This document shows positions 37,788 through 46,997 of a stretch of DNA of 57,369 nt, piece by piece (position 1 is the stretch's first letter; each line of letters opens with the position of its first letter). The position numbers and the translations under genes are program-made. The DNA comes from Kiritimatiellia bacterium. GTDB taxonomy: Bacteria > Verrucomicrobiota > Kiritimatiellia > JAAZAB01. The notes under the pieces were generated by a model. That model was given only the letters and a program-made list of their open reading frames with translations, did not search any database and was not told where the DNA came from. The stretch covers positions 1 to 57,369 of the forward strand of contig JAXGPF010000018.1 of assembly GCA_040767085.1 (NCBI GenBank). The letters run 5' to 3'.

Positions 37788-39863
37788 ATGAGCGCCATCG
37801 CCATGATTGCGGCCGGGGCGCCGGTATGCGCTGTGCGCTGCGCCGATCCCGCCGATCCGGTGCAGCGCTTCGCCCGGCGTGAATTGCTGCGTTACCTGCG
37901 GTTGATCGCCGGCGTGGACGCACCCGCCCGCCCGACGCGCGCGGCAACGCGGGTAATCCTGGCGGCCGGCACGGCCGCGGACGATGGCTTCGAAATCCGC
38001 GCGGCGTACGGCATGCTCCGCATAACCGGCAACAATCCCCGCAGCCTGCTGTTTGGCGTGTACGCTTTCCTGGCGCGTTATGCCCATTGCCGTTGGCCGC
38101 ATCCGGGGGAAGAGATCGTGCCGCGCCTGGCGGAGCTGCGCGTGCCGCTGACGCGGCCGTGGCGGGAAACCGCCGCCTTCCGGCATCGCAATCTTTATCC
38201 CGAAGGCGGCCGGTTTTCCATCAAATTCATGCGGCAACTGGCCGACTGGGCCTCCAAAAACCGCGTGAGCGACTTGACCGTCAGTTTTTCCGCCTGGGCC
38301 AGATACCGGCGGGCGCTGGCCCCGGAACTCGCCCGGCGCGGCCTGGCGTTGAATTTAAGCGGACATTGCCTCTCCGCTTTCGTGCCCCGCGAGCGGTTCC
38401 AGACCCATCCGGACTGGTTCGCATTGGCCGGCGGCCGCCGGATGGCGCGCGGTCAATACTGTTTTTCATCGCCAGCGTTCCGCCGCGCTCTCCGGCAGGC
38501 CATGCTGCGCTTCCTGGCAGCCGAACCGCTGGTGCGCCGGATATCGGTCTGGGCCAACGACAATGCGTTCAAGTGCGAATGCCCGGCTTGCCGGCGGGCG
38601 GGATTCCTGGGATCGTTTTCCGGCTGCATCAATGCAATCGCCCGCGCCTGCCGCCGGCGTTTTCCCGGCCTGGTCGTTGATTTCCTCGCGTACAATGCCG
38701 CCCTGAACAATTCCATGCTGGCGCCGCGCGGCCGGCTGGCGCTGTCGGATTGCTCCGTGGAAATCGCGTATTGGGGGCGCGATTACCGCCGCGCCGCCGG
38801 CGCGCCGGGCCGTCCGTTGGCCGATGCCCAGGCCGAACGGCACCTGCGCCAATGGCGCCGGCGCGTTCCCAACAACCTGTACGTGCTGGAGTATTACACC
38901 GACTTGTGGATGCACTCGCATCTGATGGCGCCGTTGCCCGGCGTCATTGCGCAGGATTGCCGGCAGTATGCCAGGATGGGCGTGGACGATCTCGGGACGC
39001 TGATCGTGCTTTGCCCGGACAACCTGAACGAACGCGCCTGCGCCGCGGACCGGCTGGCGCCCATGGTTTACCCGAACTTGTTTTGCTTTGCCGCCTGCGC
39101 CTGGAATCCGGATCTGAATTCACGGCGGCTGTTGCGGGATTACTGCCGGGCGCGGTTCGGCCCGGCCGGTCCGCTGGGCTTGCAATATATTGTGCAGATG
39201 GAAAAAACACTGGCGGGCATCACGGCCTTCAACCGGGAGTTGTTCCGGCTGCGGTTTGTGGATGTCTGGACCAGGGATAATACGCCGCGCCAGGGCGGGG
39301 TGAAGTTCGTTCCGGCGGATTGGACGCCGGATGCGGCGTGGACCGCCGTTGACCGCCGGCGCTGCGCGGTTTGCCGGCGGATGCTGGACGCATTGCGGGC
39401 GTGCGAGCGCCGGCTCGGCTGGAAACTGCGCGGGGGCAACTCCCGGCAGCGCGAAAACCTGGAGGAATTGCGCGCGCGCTGGCAGTCCGTCCGCGCGCGC
39501 CTGGCAGGGCTGCATTGGCAGTTGCAGGCGCAGCAGGCCCTGCGGGCCGGGCAGGGCGCCTTGGCGCGTGAATTTTTAACGCGGGCATTGAGCTTGGGCG
39601 CCGGCATATCAAGCACCGAACGCCGGTATTGCCGGCGCTGGCGGCAATCTTTGCTTAACGCCGCTCCGGCAGCCGCTGCGCGAGGAACGCCCGGCGGTAT
39701 TCCCGCGGAGTCTGGCCGCTCAGCCGCCGGAAAACGCGGTGGAAATAATAAACATCGGCAAACCCGCAAGCGGCGGCAATTTCCTTCAACCGCAGGTTGC
39801 CTTGCCGCAGCAGGCGCGCGGCGCGATGCATGCGCCGCTGTTGCAGAAAAAGGCGCGGACTGA
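37788..39863 (+). CDS. DUF4838-like protein with GH67/GH20-type N-terminal domain; Arg-rich, no signal peptide
   Basis: FARRELLRYL..I.G, DDGFEI, GNNPRSLLFGVYAFL, THPDWFAL..G.R, YCFSSP, ANDN..CEC..C, FLAY. The 3' 209 bp overlap the AraC gene on the opposite strand. Confidence 0.75.
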   Translation: MSAIAMIAAGAPVCAVRCADPADPVQRFARRELLRYLRLIAGVDAPARPTRAATRVILAAGTAADDGFEIRAAYGMLRITGNNPRSLLFGVYAFLARYAHCRWPHPGEEIVPRLAELRVPLTRPWRETAAFRHRNLYPEGGRFSIKFMRQLADWASKNRVSDLTVSFSAWARYRRALAPELARRGLALNLSGHCLSAFVPRERFQTHPDWFALAGGRRMARGQYCFSSPAFRRALRQAMLRFLAAEPLVRRISVWANDNAFKCECPACRRAGFLGSFSGCINAIARACRRRFPGLVVDFLAYNAALNNSMLAPRGRLALSDCSVEIAYWGRDYRRAAGAPGRPLADAQAERHLRQWRRRVPNNLYVLEYYTDLWMHSHLMAPLPGVIAQDCRQYARMGVDDLGTLIVLCPDNLNERACAADRLAPMVYPNLFCFAACAWNPDLNSRRLLRDYCRARFGPAGPLGLQYIVQMEKTLAGITAFNRELFRLRFVDVWTRDNTPRQGGVKFVPADWTPDAAWTAVDRRRCAVCRRMLDALRACERRLGWKLRGGNSRQRENLEELRARWQSVRARLAGLHWQLQAQQALRAGQGALAREFLTRALSLGAGISSTERRYCRRWRQSLLNAAPAAAARGTPGGIPAESGRSAAGKRGGNNKHRQTRKRRQFPSTAGCLAAAGARRDACAAVAEKGAD

Positions 39864-40608
39864 TGCCGATGCCTGCGCGAAATAGCTGGCGCAGATAAAC
39901 CGCGCTGACGCTGGCCTGTTGCGCCAGGTCGTTGACACCCAGCGCCGGATTGCCCAGTTCCCGCTCGATACAGGCGAAAATCGGCAGCAGGCGCGCGGTT
40001 TCAACGCGGTAGCTTCCGGCGCCCGGGAATTTCACGCGCGCGCTGAAACAGCGCAGCAGTTCCGCCATAATCCAATGCAGCCCCGCGCGCATCCTGCCTT
40101 GCCAGCCGGGCGGCTGCAGGGCAAACTCCCGCGCCAGTTCATGGAAGGCGGGATACATCGGCGCGCGCGGGCGCCGGCGGAAGATGCCCGCGAAGGCCAG
40201 GGTATCCATCACCTCGACGGCGCCGAGCAGGGTGCAATAGGCGTGCACGATAACCAGGCGCATGCCGCGTCCGCCAACGGGCTGGATACCGTGGGGCACG
40301 TTGCGGGGAATGAGCAGCAAATCGCCGGCGTAAATATTTTCCGGCGCGGCGTCTTCGCCCACCCAGGCCGTCCCGCGCCCGGCGCCGATGCAGATGAGCA
40401 GCGGATCGGCAAACCGCCGGCCGTTGCGCCGCCAGCCGGCGGGGCAAACCCATTCGGTCGCGGATACGGGTTCGATTGTCATTCCATCCAGGTGTTCGCG
40501 CAGAAACTGCGCGACGGCGGGCGGCATGGCCGGGTATCCATCGAAGGCGGCGGGTTGGATTGCCCGGGCCCTGGCCGGCGCCGGATTGTTTTCCACGGGC
40601 GAGTTCAT
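39655..40608 (-). CDS. AraC-family transcriptional regulator
   Basis: Cupin AGDLLLIPRNVPH; HTH RMHRAARLL...LKEIAAACGFADVYYFHRVFRRLSGQTPREYR. Start uncertain. Confidence 0.92.
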   Translation of the reverse strand: MNSPVENNPAPARARAIQPAAFDGYPAMPPAVAQFLREHLDGMTIEPVSATEWVCPAGWRRNGRRFADPLLICIGAGRGTAWVGEDAAPENIYAGDLLLIPRNVPHGIQPVGGRGMRLVIVHAYCTLLGAVEVMDTLAFAGIFRRRPRAPMYPAFHELAREFALQPPGWQGRMRAGLHWIMAELLRCFSARVKFPGAGSYRVETARLLPIFACIERELGNPALGVNDLAQQASVSAVYLRQLFRAGIGISPRLFLQQRRMHRAARLLRQGNLRLKEIAAACGFADVYYFHRVFRRLSGQTPREYRRAFLAQRLPERR

Positions 40609-40668
40609 GGCGATTGCAGCCTTTGTTTTGATGTTTCGAATAGTGCAATAAATCCAGCTTCCTGTCCA

Positions 40669-40697
40669 TTGCAAAGATTCCGCCGCCGCCGTATCCT
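40669..40697 (+). promoter_or_regulatory. Sigma70-type promoter
   Basis: TTGCAA (40669-40674)-N17-TATCCT (40692-40697), upstream of the CAGGAGGA RBS of 40721. Confidence 0.6.
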
Positions 40698-40720
40698 GTC
40701 CGCATTAACAGGAGGATTAT

Positions 40721-42592
40721 ATGCAAGCGCCCTTCGCAAAATTGATTATCCGCAGTCCGTTTGTTAACGAATATGACCGGTATGCCGACCTGGCCGGACG
40801 CTGCGCCGCGGCGGGGGTGACGCATCTGACCTTCACGGAAATCGAGCGCGCGCTGTGGGAAATTGACGACCCCGCGGACCCTTATCTGCACTGGTCGGCG
40901 GTGCATACCAGCCTGTTTAAAATTTTTCCGCCGGCGTTATTGCAGGAGTGGGTGCCGGCGGATGATGCCGCGCGCGCGCGGGAATCAATCGCCCGCCGCG
41001 CCGCGATCCTGAAGGACGCCGGCTTGAAAGGCGCGGTGTTTTTGTACGATCCCATGTACTGGCCGGAACGGATTTTTCAGCGCCATCCGGAATTAAGGGG
41101 TCCCCGGGTTGACCAGCCCCTGATTTGCAAGCATCCCCGTTACGCGCCTTGCACGGACCGCCCGGAAGTGCTGGAAATGTATCGGGAAGGTTTTCAAAAT
41201 CTCGCCGAACTCGCCCAGGGCGTTTTGGATGTGGTCATCATCCGCACCAACGACAGCGCCACCGGATTCTGCTGGAGCCGGCTGTACAACGGGCCCAACG
41301 GGCCGCTGCATTGCCGCAAGATTCATATCTTCGACCGTCTGCGCCGCTTCCTGGAGGCCGCCCGCGCCGGCGCGGCGCATGCCGCGGAGTTTTACATCCA
41401 GGGCGAGCGTTTCACCGGCGGCGGCGCGCCGGAACGCGCATCGTTCTTGAGCCGCATCCCCGAAGGCTGCGGCGATTATACCCACGGCCGCGGGAACGCC
41501 GCCGGCGGACGGACCGTGGCGGGCCAGCCGACAGAAGCCACGCTGTTTCCCGTCCGGGGATTGCCGAATCCGGCGGAAATCCTGGACAAGTTAAGCGCGG
41601 CTTTTGCCGGGGGCATTCAGCAGCCGGTATTTTTCACGCGGCCGACCATGTATGGCAATAATTGGGAGGGCGAGTCCGTCATCACGGATGTCATGGGGGC
41701 CTTCAACCGGGCGCCCGGCGCCGGGCCGGTGGCGCAGGTGCGGCTGGCCGCCGGGGTGGCCGAACGGCGCTATGGCGCGGAAGCATCCGAGGATGCGGTG
41801 GCCGCCTGGTGGCATCTGCGCGCGGCGGGGCAAGCGCTGGCGCGGATCAGCCCGGACCTGGGGGTGATCTTCCTGGGCTCGCTGGGCCAAAGGCGCCTGA
41901 CCCGGCCTTTGGTGGTCTTCCCTGAGCGGCTTGCACCGCAAGAACGCGCCGATTACGAACCGTTTATCTTCAGCGTGGAAAAAAATCCGCCGCGGATTGA
42001 TCTGCTGGATGACCAGACGACCCGCCTGGTTGAAGATGAAGAACATCTGGCCCGGTATAACAAGGATTTTGCGGAAGTGCTCAGGGAATATACCGCGGCC
42101 TACAACAGTTTCAAAAATGCCCACGCCTGCCGCCCGCATGCCGATTTCCAGGCCGCCATGACGGGGCTGGAAATCCTGCAATGCTTGTTGCGCAATGTTC
42201 AGAATTGCGTTAACTTCCAGGTGCGGCTGGATGCCTGGCGCCAATTTACGGCGGACGAATCCAGCCGCGCTCCCGCGCGGATGACGGATCATTACCGGCG
42301 GGCGCCTTTGCCGTTCCTGGAAATCTTGCGGGAGCGGCGCGCGGAATTGCTCGGCATCATGCGCGATGAAATGGATAATTGCCGCGCCCTGGCCGATTTG
42401 CTCGACCGGCATCCCGACGCCATGGTCATGGCGTCCGAGCCGGCCGGGGAAACCCCGTTCATGCTGGGGCCCGGCACGGCGGCGGCATTGCGGCGCAAGG
42501 CGGATACCATGCAGCGCCATATGCTGGCGTTGGATGAGTTTACCGGCTGGCGCAAAACAGCGGTCTTGGAGGAACCATGCAAGCAAGATTAG
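40721..42592 (+). CDS. Hypothetical protein, probable glycosidase-like TIM barrel plus helical C-terminus
   Basis: 623 aa, strong RBS, no signal peptide; RHPELRG...PCTDRPEV..MY and TNDS segments resemble carbohydrate-active TIM barrels. Family not recognised. Confidence 0.55.
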   Translation: MQAPFAKLIIRSPFVNEYDRYADLAGRCAAAGVTHLTFTEIERALWEIDDPADPYLHWSAVHTSLFKIFPPALLQEWVPADDAARARESIARRAAILKDAGLKGAVFLYDPMYWPERIFQRHPELRGPRVDQPLICKHPRYAPCTDRPEVLEMYREGFQNLAELAQGVLDVVIIRTNDSATGFCWSRLYNGPNGPLHCRKIHIFDRLRRFLEAARAGAAHAAEFYIQGERFTGGGAPERASFLSRIPEGCGDYTHGRGNAAGGRTVAGQPTEATLFPVRGLPNPAEILDKLSAAFAGGIQQPVFFTRPTMYGNNWEGESVITDVMGAFNRAPGAGPVAQVRLAAGVAERRYGAEASEDAVAAWWHLRAAGQALARISPDLGVIFLGSLGQRRLTRPLVVFPERLAPQERADYEPFIFSVEKNPPRIDLLDDQTTRLVEDEEHLARYNKDFAEVLREYTAAYNSFKNAHACRPHADFQAAMTGLEILQCLLRNVQNCVNFQVRLDAWRQFTADESSRAPARMTDHYRRAPLPFLEILRERRAELLGIMRDEMDNCRALADLLDRHPDAMVMASEPAGETPFMLGPGTAAALRRKADTMQRHMLALDEFTGWRKTAVLEEPCKQD

Positions 42593-43689
42593 TGACGCCG
42601 GCCGATAATTTCCACCGGGTGCATACCTATTTCAAAGGCTCGCCCTGCCATCCGGACGGCCGGCGGATCCTCTACCTGAAGTTCCAGAATCTGCGCGCGC
42701 CGGCCGCCGTCTGCCTGCTGGATCGCGAGTCCGGGCGGGAAACCGCCATTGGCCTGAGCCGGCATTTCAATTATCATAGCGGAGCATCCCAATATTTCTG
42801 CGCCGGCGGCGCCAAGGTCATTTACCAGTCAAGGCGGGACCGCCTGGCGTTATACGACCTGCGTTCCGGCAAAACCCGTGATTTTGCCGGGAGACTTTGC
42901 CCATATGCCGGCAACTTGCATGAGTATTTTGTGGAAATAGACGACGGCTTCCCCCGGCAACGGCAGGGCCGGATGGGCATCTACCTGCGCCGGATTGACG
43001 GCACGGGTAAAAAATGTCTGGCCACGCTGGACGATTTGCTGGCCGCCCACCCGCGCGGAGACATGCTCCGCCGCGCGCGCTTGCTTTACAGGCTGGGGGG
43101 CGAAATCAGCCCCGACCAGCGCCGGGTGATCCTGTTTCTGGTGACCCGCGACGGATCGCTGGTACGCGATTATTACACCTGCGATCTGCGGGGCGGAGGC
43201 CTGGAATTCCACGGCAACCTGGGCGGACACATCATGTGGCATCCGGATTCCCGGCGCATTTTAGCGTTTGCCGTATCCTGGAGCACGATCCTGGGCGAGT
43301 TCCCGAAGCGCGCGGGCGCGCCGCGCGGGCACTATGGCCTGTTGGCCGAATACGACACGCGTGCGCGCAAAATGCGCGTCCTGTCGCCGTTTCCGATCTG
43401 CGGCGGCTGCCATGTGTCGCCGGCGCCGGACGGGAAGAAGGTCGCGCTGGACGAGATTAATCCGGATTCAATTTCCATATTGATGTTCGACTATGCCGCC
43501 GGTAAAATGACGCGGCTATGCCGGCAGGATTATCGGGCGCCTTTGGAAAAGGTTGCAGGATCGCGGCCGATCAAGCAATATGACATCAATCCCCATCCGG
43601 TTTTCGATCCCGGCAGCCGCCGGATCGTTTTCAATGCCTGCCCGGACCGCCGGGTGGGGATATACGCATGCGAAGTCGGAGGATTTTGA
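42577..43689 (+). CDS. Beta-propeller protein, oligogalacturonate lyase (PL22)/TolB-like
   Basis: Repeats HPDGRRILY, SPDQRRVILF, HIMWHPDSRRIL, HVSPAPDGKKV, NPHPVFDPGSRRIVF. Confidence 0.65.
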   Translation: MQARLVTPADNFHRVHTYFKGSPCHPDGRRILYLKFQNLRAPAAVCLLDRESGRETAIGLSRHFNYHSGASQYFCAGGAKVIYQSRRDRLALYDLRSGKTRDFAGRLCPYAGNLHEYFVEIDDGFPRQRQGRMGIYLRRIDGTGKKCLATLDDLLAAHPRGDMLRRARLLYRLGGEISPDQRRVILFLVTRDGSLVRDYYTCDLRGGGLEFHGNLGGHIMWHPDSRRILAFAVSWSTILGEFPKRAGAPRGHYGLLAEYDTRARKMRVLSPFPICGGCHVSPAPDGKKVALDEINPDSISILMFDYAAGKMTRLCRQDYRAPLEKVAGSRPIKQYDINPHPVFDPGSRRIVFNACPDRRVGIYACEVGGF

Positions 43690-43691
43690 GC

Positions 43692-45860
43692 ATGACTTTG
43701 ACTGCCGCGCGGTCGCAGCAGGGCGATCCCGCCGAAGGCATCGCCTTCGGGGAAGGGGTTGCCGACAAGTTGATCGCTTTTCACGGCCAGGGCGGATTGC
43801 TGACGCGCACCCCGGCCAATGTCTTGAATTTGTACGGCCTGCTCCGGCTGGGCGCCCTCAATGGCCTGTACGATGCCTTCGTTGACCGGCATCTGGCTTT
43901 TTATGCCGCTTGCGGCCCCGCGCCGGCCGGCGCCTCGCCCCAGATCGTTTTGGGCGGCCTGGCCGGCGCGTATCGCCTGCTGCAGGGGCATTACCGGCAC
44001 GGACCGGAAGGTCTGGAAGGATTACGCCTGTGCGTGCGTTCGCTCCCGGGGAAAATACGCCAGAATCCTGCCGGCTTGACCGGGGCGGCGCCGGCGCCAC
44101 CCAGCCTGGTCAGCCTGGATGGCCTGCTGCAGGATGCGCCGTTTCTTTGCATGGCCGGCGAGGCCTTGCAGGATGACGCGTTGTTCGACACGGCGGCGGG
44201 GCTGGCGGCGGACGCGGCTGATTTGCTGCGCGATTCCCGGACGGGTTTTTACCACCATGCCGGCCGCCGGGAAGGCGGGGGATGGGTCACGCCGGATGCC
44301 TGGTGCCGCGGCAATGGCTGCGCGGCGGCCGTCATGGCGGAGCTGCTGCTTTACCTGCCCGCGGCGCATCCGGCGCAGGCAGGATTGATTGAACGGCTGC
44401 GGGATTTGCTCGAGCGGTTGGCCGCCGTGCAAACGCCATCCGGCCTCTGGCGCCAGCAACTGATCGAAAATTCTTCCCGCGAGGAGCTGTCCGGATCGGC
44501 CTTGATCGGGTATGCCCTCGCCGTTGCGCTCCGGCGCGGATGGGTGTCCGGGTCGCTGGCGCCCGCCGCCGGGCGGGCCTGGAGCGGCATGCGATCGCGC
44601 GTGGACATGCGCGGCAATTGGAATATCCCGGATGTGAACGTGGAGGCCGCGCCGGGCGATAGCCCGGCGGATTATGCGGCCATACCCGTGGCGGTCAACG
44701 ACCTGCATGGCTTCGGTCCTTTGCTGCTGGCGGCCGCGGCTTATTTCGAACTGGCCCGCGCGGCCGCCTGGCGCGCCCGGCCGGCGGCCGGACGGGAATT
44801 TGCCGCGCCGGCGGCGCGGGCCGTCCGGGCCTATTTTAATGAGGTGCATGACGCCTGCGAAAAGCGTTATAACGGCGATGGCAGCTGGGGACGCGGCGCC
44901 GCGGAATTTCCTGCCGGATGGTTTACACACAAAAACACGGGCATCCCCGGCGACCATCCCCTGATCCGGACAACGGGAGATTGCGTTCTGGGGTATCTGG
45001 GGGCGGCGTGGGGTGGCGGCGGAAAGCGCCTGGAAAGCGCTGCGGCTGATCAAGCTCCGGACGAACGGACGCAGACTTACCTGGCGCGGGCGCGCGCCGG
45101 CTTGGATTGGCTGGTGCGGCAGCAGGAACCGGACGGATGCTTCCGTTTATATACGCGCACGGGGGAAGGGCAGGTGGGCCATCAAGGATGCCTGTATGTC
45201 ACCGGCATCGCCGTCGCCGCGTTGCTGAAGGGGTATGAGCATTTCGACAACCACCTTTATCTTGATGCATCCGAGCGCGCGGCGCGCTGGGAGGAGTCCT
45301 GGCCGGTCTCAAAGAATGTCAATTTCAACGCCTTTGCTGTCTGGCATCTGGCGGAACATTACCGGGTGACCCGGGCCGCCTGGGCCTTGACCGCCGCCTT
45401 GCGGCGGGTCGCGCGGCGGATTTTGCCCTGCCAGCAGGCCGCGGGCGGCTGGCCCGGCCATAATTCCTGGATTTGGTATCACAGCATCATCCTGCGCGGC
45501 TACGCCGCGCTATGCCGTGTTTTGCCGGACGGGCATCCGGATAAGGAAGAATTGCTGGCCGCGGGCGGGGCGGCCGTTGATTACCTGGCGCGCCTGCAGA
45601 CGGATGACGGCGCCCTGTTTCCCAATCCGGAAACCCGCACGCCGGCCGCAAGCGCGTACGGTCTTGCCGCGCTGTCGCTTTGGCTGGCCTGCCGGCCGGA
45701 CCGGCAGGTTGAAAACGTCCTGCGCGGCATGCTGGCCTGGCGCTTGCATCCCGCCAGCGGCGATCCGGATTACTCCTATAACGCCGAGCAGAAGCTGGGT
45801 TCGCCGGGGGCGGCGCCGGTGAATCTTTATGCCCTGGGCGCCTGCCTGGAAAATCTTTGA
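43692..45860 (+). CDS. GH105/GH88-like unsaturated glycuronyl hydrolase domain fused to a second (alpha/alpha)6 domain
   Basis: LDGLLQDAPFL, TGFYHH, WCRGNG, QTPSGLWRQ, ELSGSALIGYAL, HGFGPLLLA. Second domain has WLVRQQEPDG.F, QQAAGGW, YLARLQTDDG repeats. Confidence 0.75.
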   Translation: MTLTAARSQQGDPAEGIAFGEGVADKLIAFHGQGGLLTRTPANVLNLYGLLRLGALNGLYDAFVDRHLAFYAACGPAPAGASPQIVLGGLAGAYRLLQGHYRHGPEGLEGLRLCVRSLPGKIRQNPAGLTGAAPAPPSLVSLDGLLQDAPFLCMAGEALQDDALFDTAAGLAADAADLLRDSRTGFYHHAGRREGGGWVTPDAWCRGNGCAAAVMAELLLYLPAAHPAQAGLIERLRDLLERLAAVQTPSGLWRQQLIENSSREELSGSALIGYALAVALRRGWVSGSLAPAAGRAWSGMRSRVDMRGNWNIPDVNVEAAPGDSPADYAAIPVAVNDLHGFGPLLLAAAAYFELARAAAWRARPAAGREFAAPAARAVRAYFNEVHDACEKRYNGDGSWGRGAAEFPAGWFTHKNTGIPGDHPLIRTTGDCVLGYLGAAWGGGGKRLESAAADQAPDERTQTYLARARAGLDWLVRQQEPDGCFRLYTRTGEGQVGHQGCLYVTGIAVAALLKGYEHFDNHLYLDASERAARWEESWPVSKNVNFNAFAVWHLAEHYRVTRAAWALTAALRRVARRILPCQQAAGGWPGHNSWIWYHSIILRGYAALCRVLPDGHPDKEELLAAGGAAVDYLARLQTDDGALFPNPETRTPAASAYGLAALSLWLACRPDRQVENVLRGMLAWRLHPASGDPDYSYNAEQKLGSPGAAPVNLYALGACLENL

Positions 45861-45863
45861 ACA

Positions 45864-45940
45864 CCAAAATTATGCCAAAATTATGGTTGACACTGCTCCG
45901 GCTTTTGCTACTATGCACACGTTAACATAAAACGTTAATC
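45864..45940 (+). promoter_or_regulatory. Promoter with upstream 11-bp tandem repeat and downstream candidate LacI operators
   Basis: CCAAAATTATG x2 (45864-45885); TTGACA (45887-45892)-N16-TACTAT (45909-45914) with extended TG; ACGTTAA twice (45919-45925, 45932-45938). Confidence 0.7.
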
Positions 45941-45953
45941 ATGGAGCCATATC

Positions 45954-46997
45954 GTGCCCGGCAACATCCTGGACGTGGCCCGCCTGGCGGGTGTCAGCCA
46001 TACGACCGTGTCGCGCATCCTGCGCAATGCCGACGGTTTTTCCTACGCGCCCGACACGCGGCAGAAGGTGCTGGCGGCCGCCCGGAAGCTGGGCTATGTC
46101 CCCAATTCGGCCGCCCGGTTCATGCGCTTGAAAAAAACCCGCCTGATCGGCCTCACCACCCAGACGCACAATGCTTATGCCACTTACCGCTTGATTGAAA
46201 AAATCTCCCTGCGCGTCCGGAAACTGGGATATGCGCCGGTGCTGATTGACTTGAGCGAGCCCGACCTGGCGGCCGGCGGTTTCCTGGATGTCACCCACCT
46301 GGCGGGCGCGATCTGCATGTATGCCAAGCACGAACGCGAACTGGTCGGGCGCTGCGCCCGCATTGGCCGGAACCTGCCGATGGTCACCGTCCGGCGCAAG
46401 GTGACGGACAATCCCGGTGTGCGCATGGTGGCCACGGACAATGCCGGCGGCCTGGCCCAGGCTTTCCGGCACCTCCAAGGCCTGGGGCACCGCCGCATCG
46501 GCTACCTGGGGTACCGCGAACCGGATCCCAGCCGGCAGTCCACCTATGCCGCCATGTGCCGGCAGGCCGGCATGCCCCGCCAGGTTTTTGCCGTCCCGGT
46601 TTGCGCGGAAAACAATCCATTCCTGAGCGGCATGCAAATGGCCCGCGCCGTCGCCCGCGGGCGGCGCGTCAGCGCCGTGCTTTGCGAAGACGACGAATTC
46701 GCCGCGGGATTGATCGCCGGCCTGGGAGATTTGAAACTGAACGTCCCGGGCGATATATCGGTGGTCGGATTCGACGATCTGCCGTTTGCCGCCGCAGTCC
46801 GCCCGCGCCTGACCACGGTCGGCGTGAAAATGGATGAAAAAGCCGATGCGGCTGTCCGGCTGCTGGTGGCCCTGATTGAAGGCAATGCCGTGCAGCAAGG
46901 CCTGTTGCCGGAATCCATCGTTTTGGATGCCGAATTGATTGTGCGTGATTCCACCGCCCAACCACCCCCCAAGGAGCGTCCGACCCATGCGCGCTAA
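45954..46997 (+). CDS. LacI-family transcriptional regulator
   Basis: ILDVARLAGVSHTTVSRIL, LGYVPN..AR, LGHRRIG, VPGDISVVGFDD, P.LTTV. GTG start after GGAG. Confidence 0.95.
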   Translation: MPGNILDVARLAGVSHTTVSRILRNADGFSYAPDTRQKVLAAARKLGYVPNSAARFMRLKKTRLIGLTTQTHNAYATYRLIEKISLRVRKLGYAPVLIDLSEPDLAAGGFLDVTHLAGAICMYAKHERELVGRCARIGRNLPMVTVRRKVTDNPGVRMVATDNAGGLAQAFRHLQGLGHRRIGYLGYREPDPSRQSTYAAMCRQAGMPRQVFAVPVCAENNPFLSGMQMARAVARGRRVSAVLCEDDEFAAGLIAGLGDLKLNVPGDISVVGFDDLPFAAAVRPRLTTVGVKMDEKADAAVRLLVALIEGNAVQQGLLPESIVLDAELIVRDSTAQPPPKERPTHAR

